A DNA stretch of 55,106 nt from a virus (lineage: Duplodnaviria; Caudoviricetes). Shown in pieces: positions 55,045 through 55,106 of the stretch. Within the stretch, counting starts at the first letter, position 1. Each line of letters begins with the position of its first letter. The position numbers were made by a program, and so were the translations under genes. The stretch lies in the IMG/VR virus record IMGVR_UViG_3300036715_000866, positions 1 to 55,106 of that record. One strand, given 5' to 3'. The notes below the pieces were generated by a model. It did no database searches, was not told the DNA's origin, and worked only from the letters and a program-made list of their open reading frames with translations.

Positions 55045-55106
55045 CTCATACTGCCCGATAGAACCGCCCCGTTTCTGTGCCGATCACGCCGTTGAAATCC
55101 GGCTCC
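55008..55106. repeat. Direct repeat A, copy 2 (runs off the window)
   Basis: 99/99 identical to 52605-52703. Confidence 0.95.

Larger units (their letters stand above)
171..55106 (-). mobile_element. Myovirus-type prophage/phage region with SPO1/Twort-like morphogenesis genes
   Basis: Colinear terminase, portal, protease, capsid, neck, sheath, tube, tape measure and baseplate genes; no host housekeeping genes or integrase in the window. Confidence 0.93.

Noticed and set aside
52605-55106. Repeats as a CRISPR array or attL/attR
   Set aside because: Only two copies of each, about 100 bp, containing promoter or gene sequence; no cas or integrase.
1-55106. DGR or retron
   Set aside because: No reverse transcriptase motif or adenine-variable repeat pair was seen.

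Overview
GC-rich, probably betaproteobacterial (inferred) window almost entirely filled by the late and part of the early region of a large contractile-tailed (pro)phage, mostly on the minus strand. The virion module is SPO1/Twort (Herelleviridae)-like in protein families: terminase, portal, MuF, protease, scaffold, capsid, neck, sheath, tube, chaperones, tape measure, hub, spike, PAAR and baseplate. Grafted onto it are P1-like modules: a DarB-like methylase-helicase with a class-3 LAGLIDADG intein next to an Ulx homologue, a DdrB-like pyrophosphatase protein, a second giant SNF2 protein, and a C4-antisense-controlled antirepressor. Patterns read from the sequence: (i) a strand-specific TCGTGAC-RN-YANNNT late-promoter motif, 10 copies, five positioned for leaderless mRNAs; (ii) a shared hydrophobic-x-K|[AS] processing tag, GY-x4-G hairpins and clamp-like DLF motifs across head cargo proteins; (iii) three attC-like sites and duplicated promoter/stem-loop cassettes in the early region; (iv) a captured type III mod gene with a 57-codon res stub; (v) a holin-transglycosylase fusion beside a candidate TMD/beta-barrel spanin. 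Several nonsense and frameshift lesions plus an IS630 at the left edge suggest decay or assembly error. All family calls are from motif recognition, not database searches.
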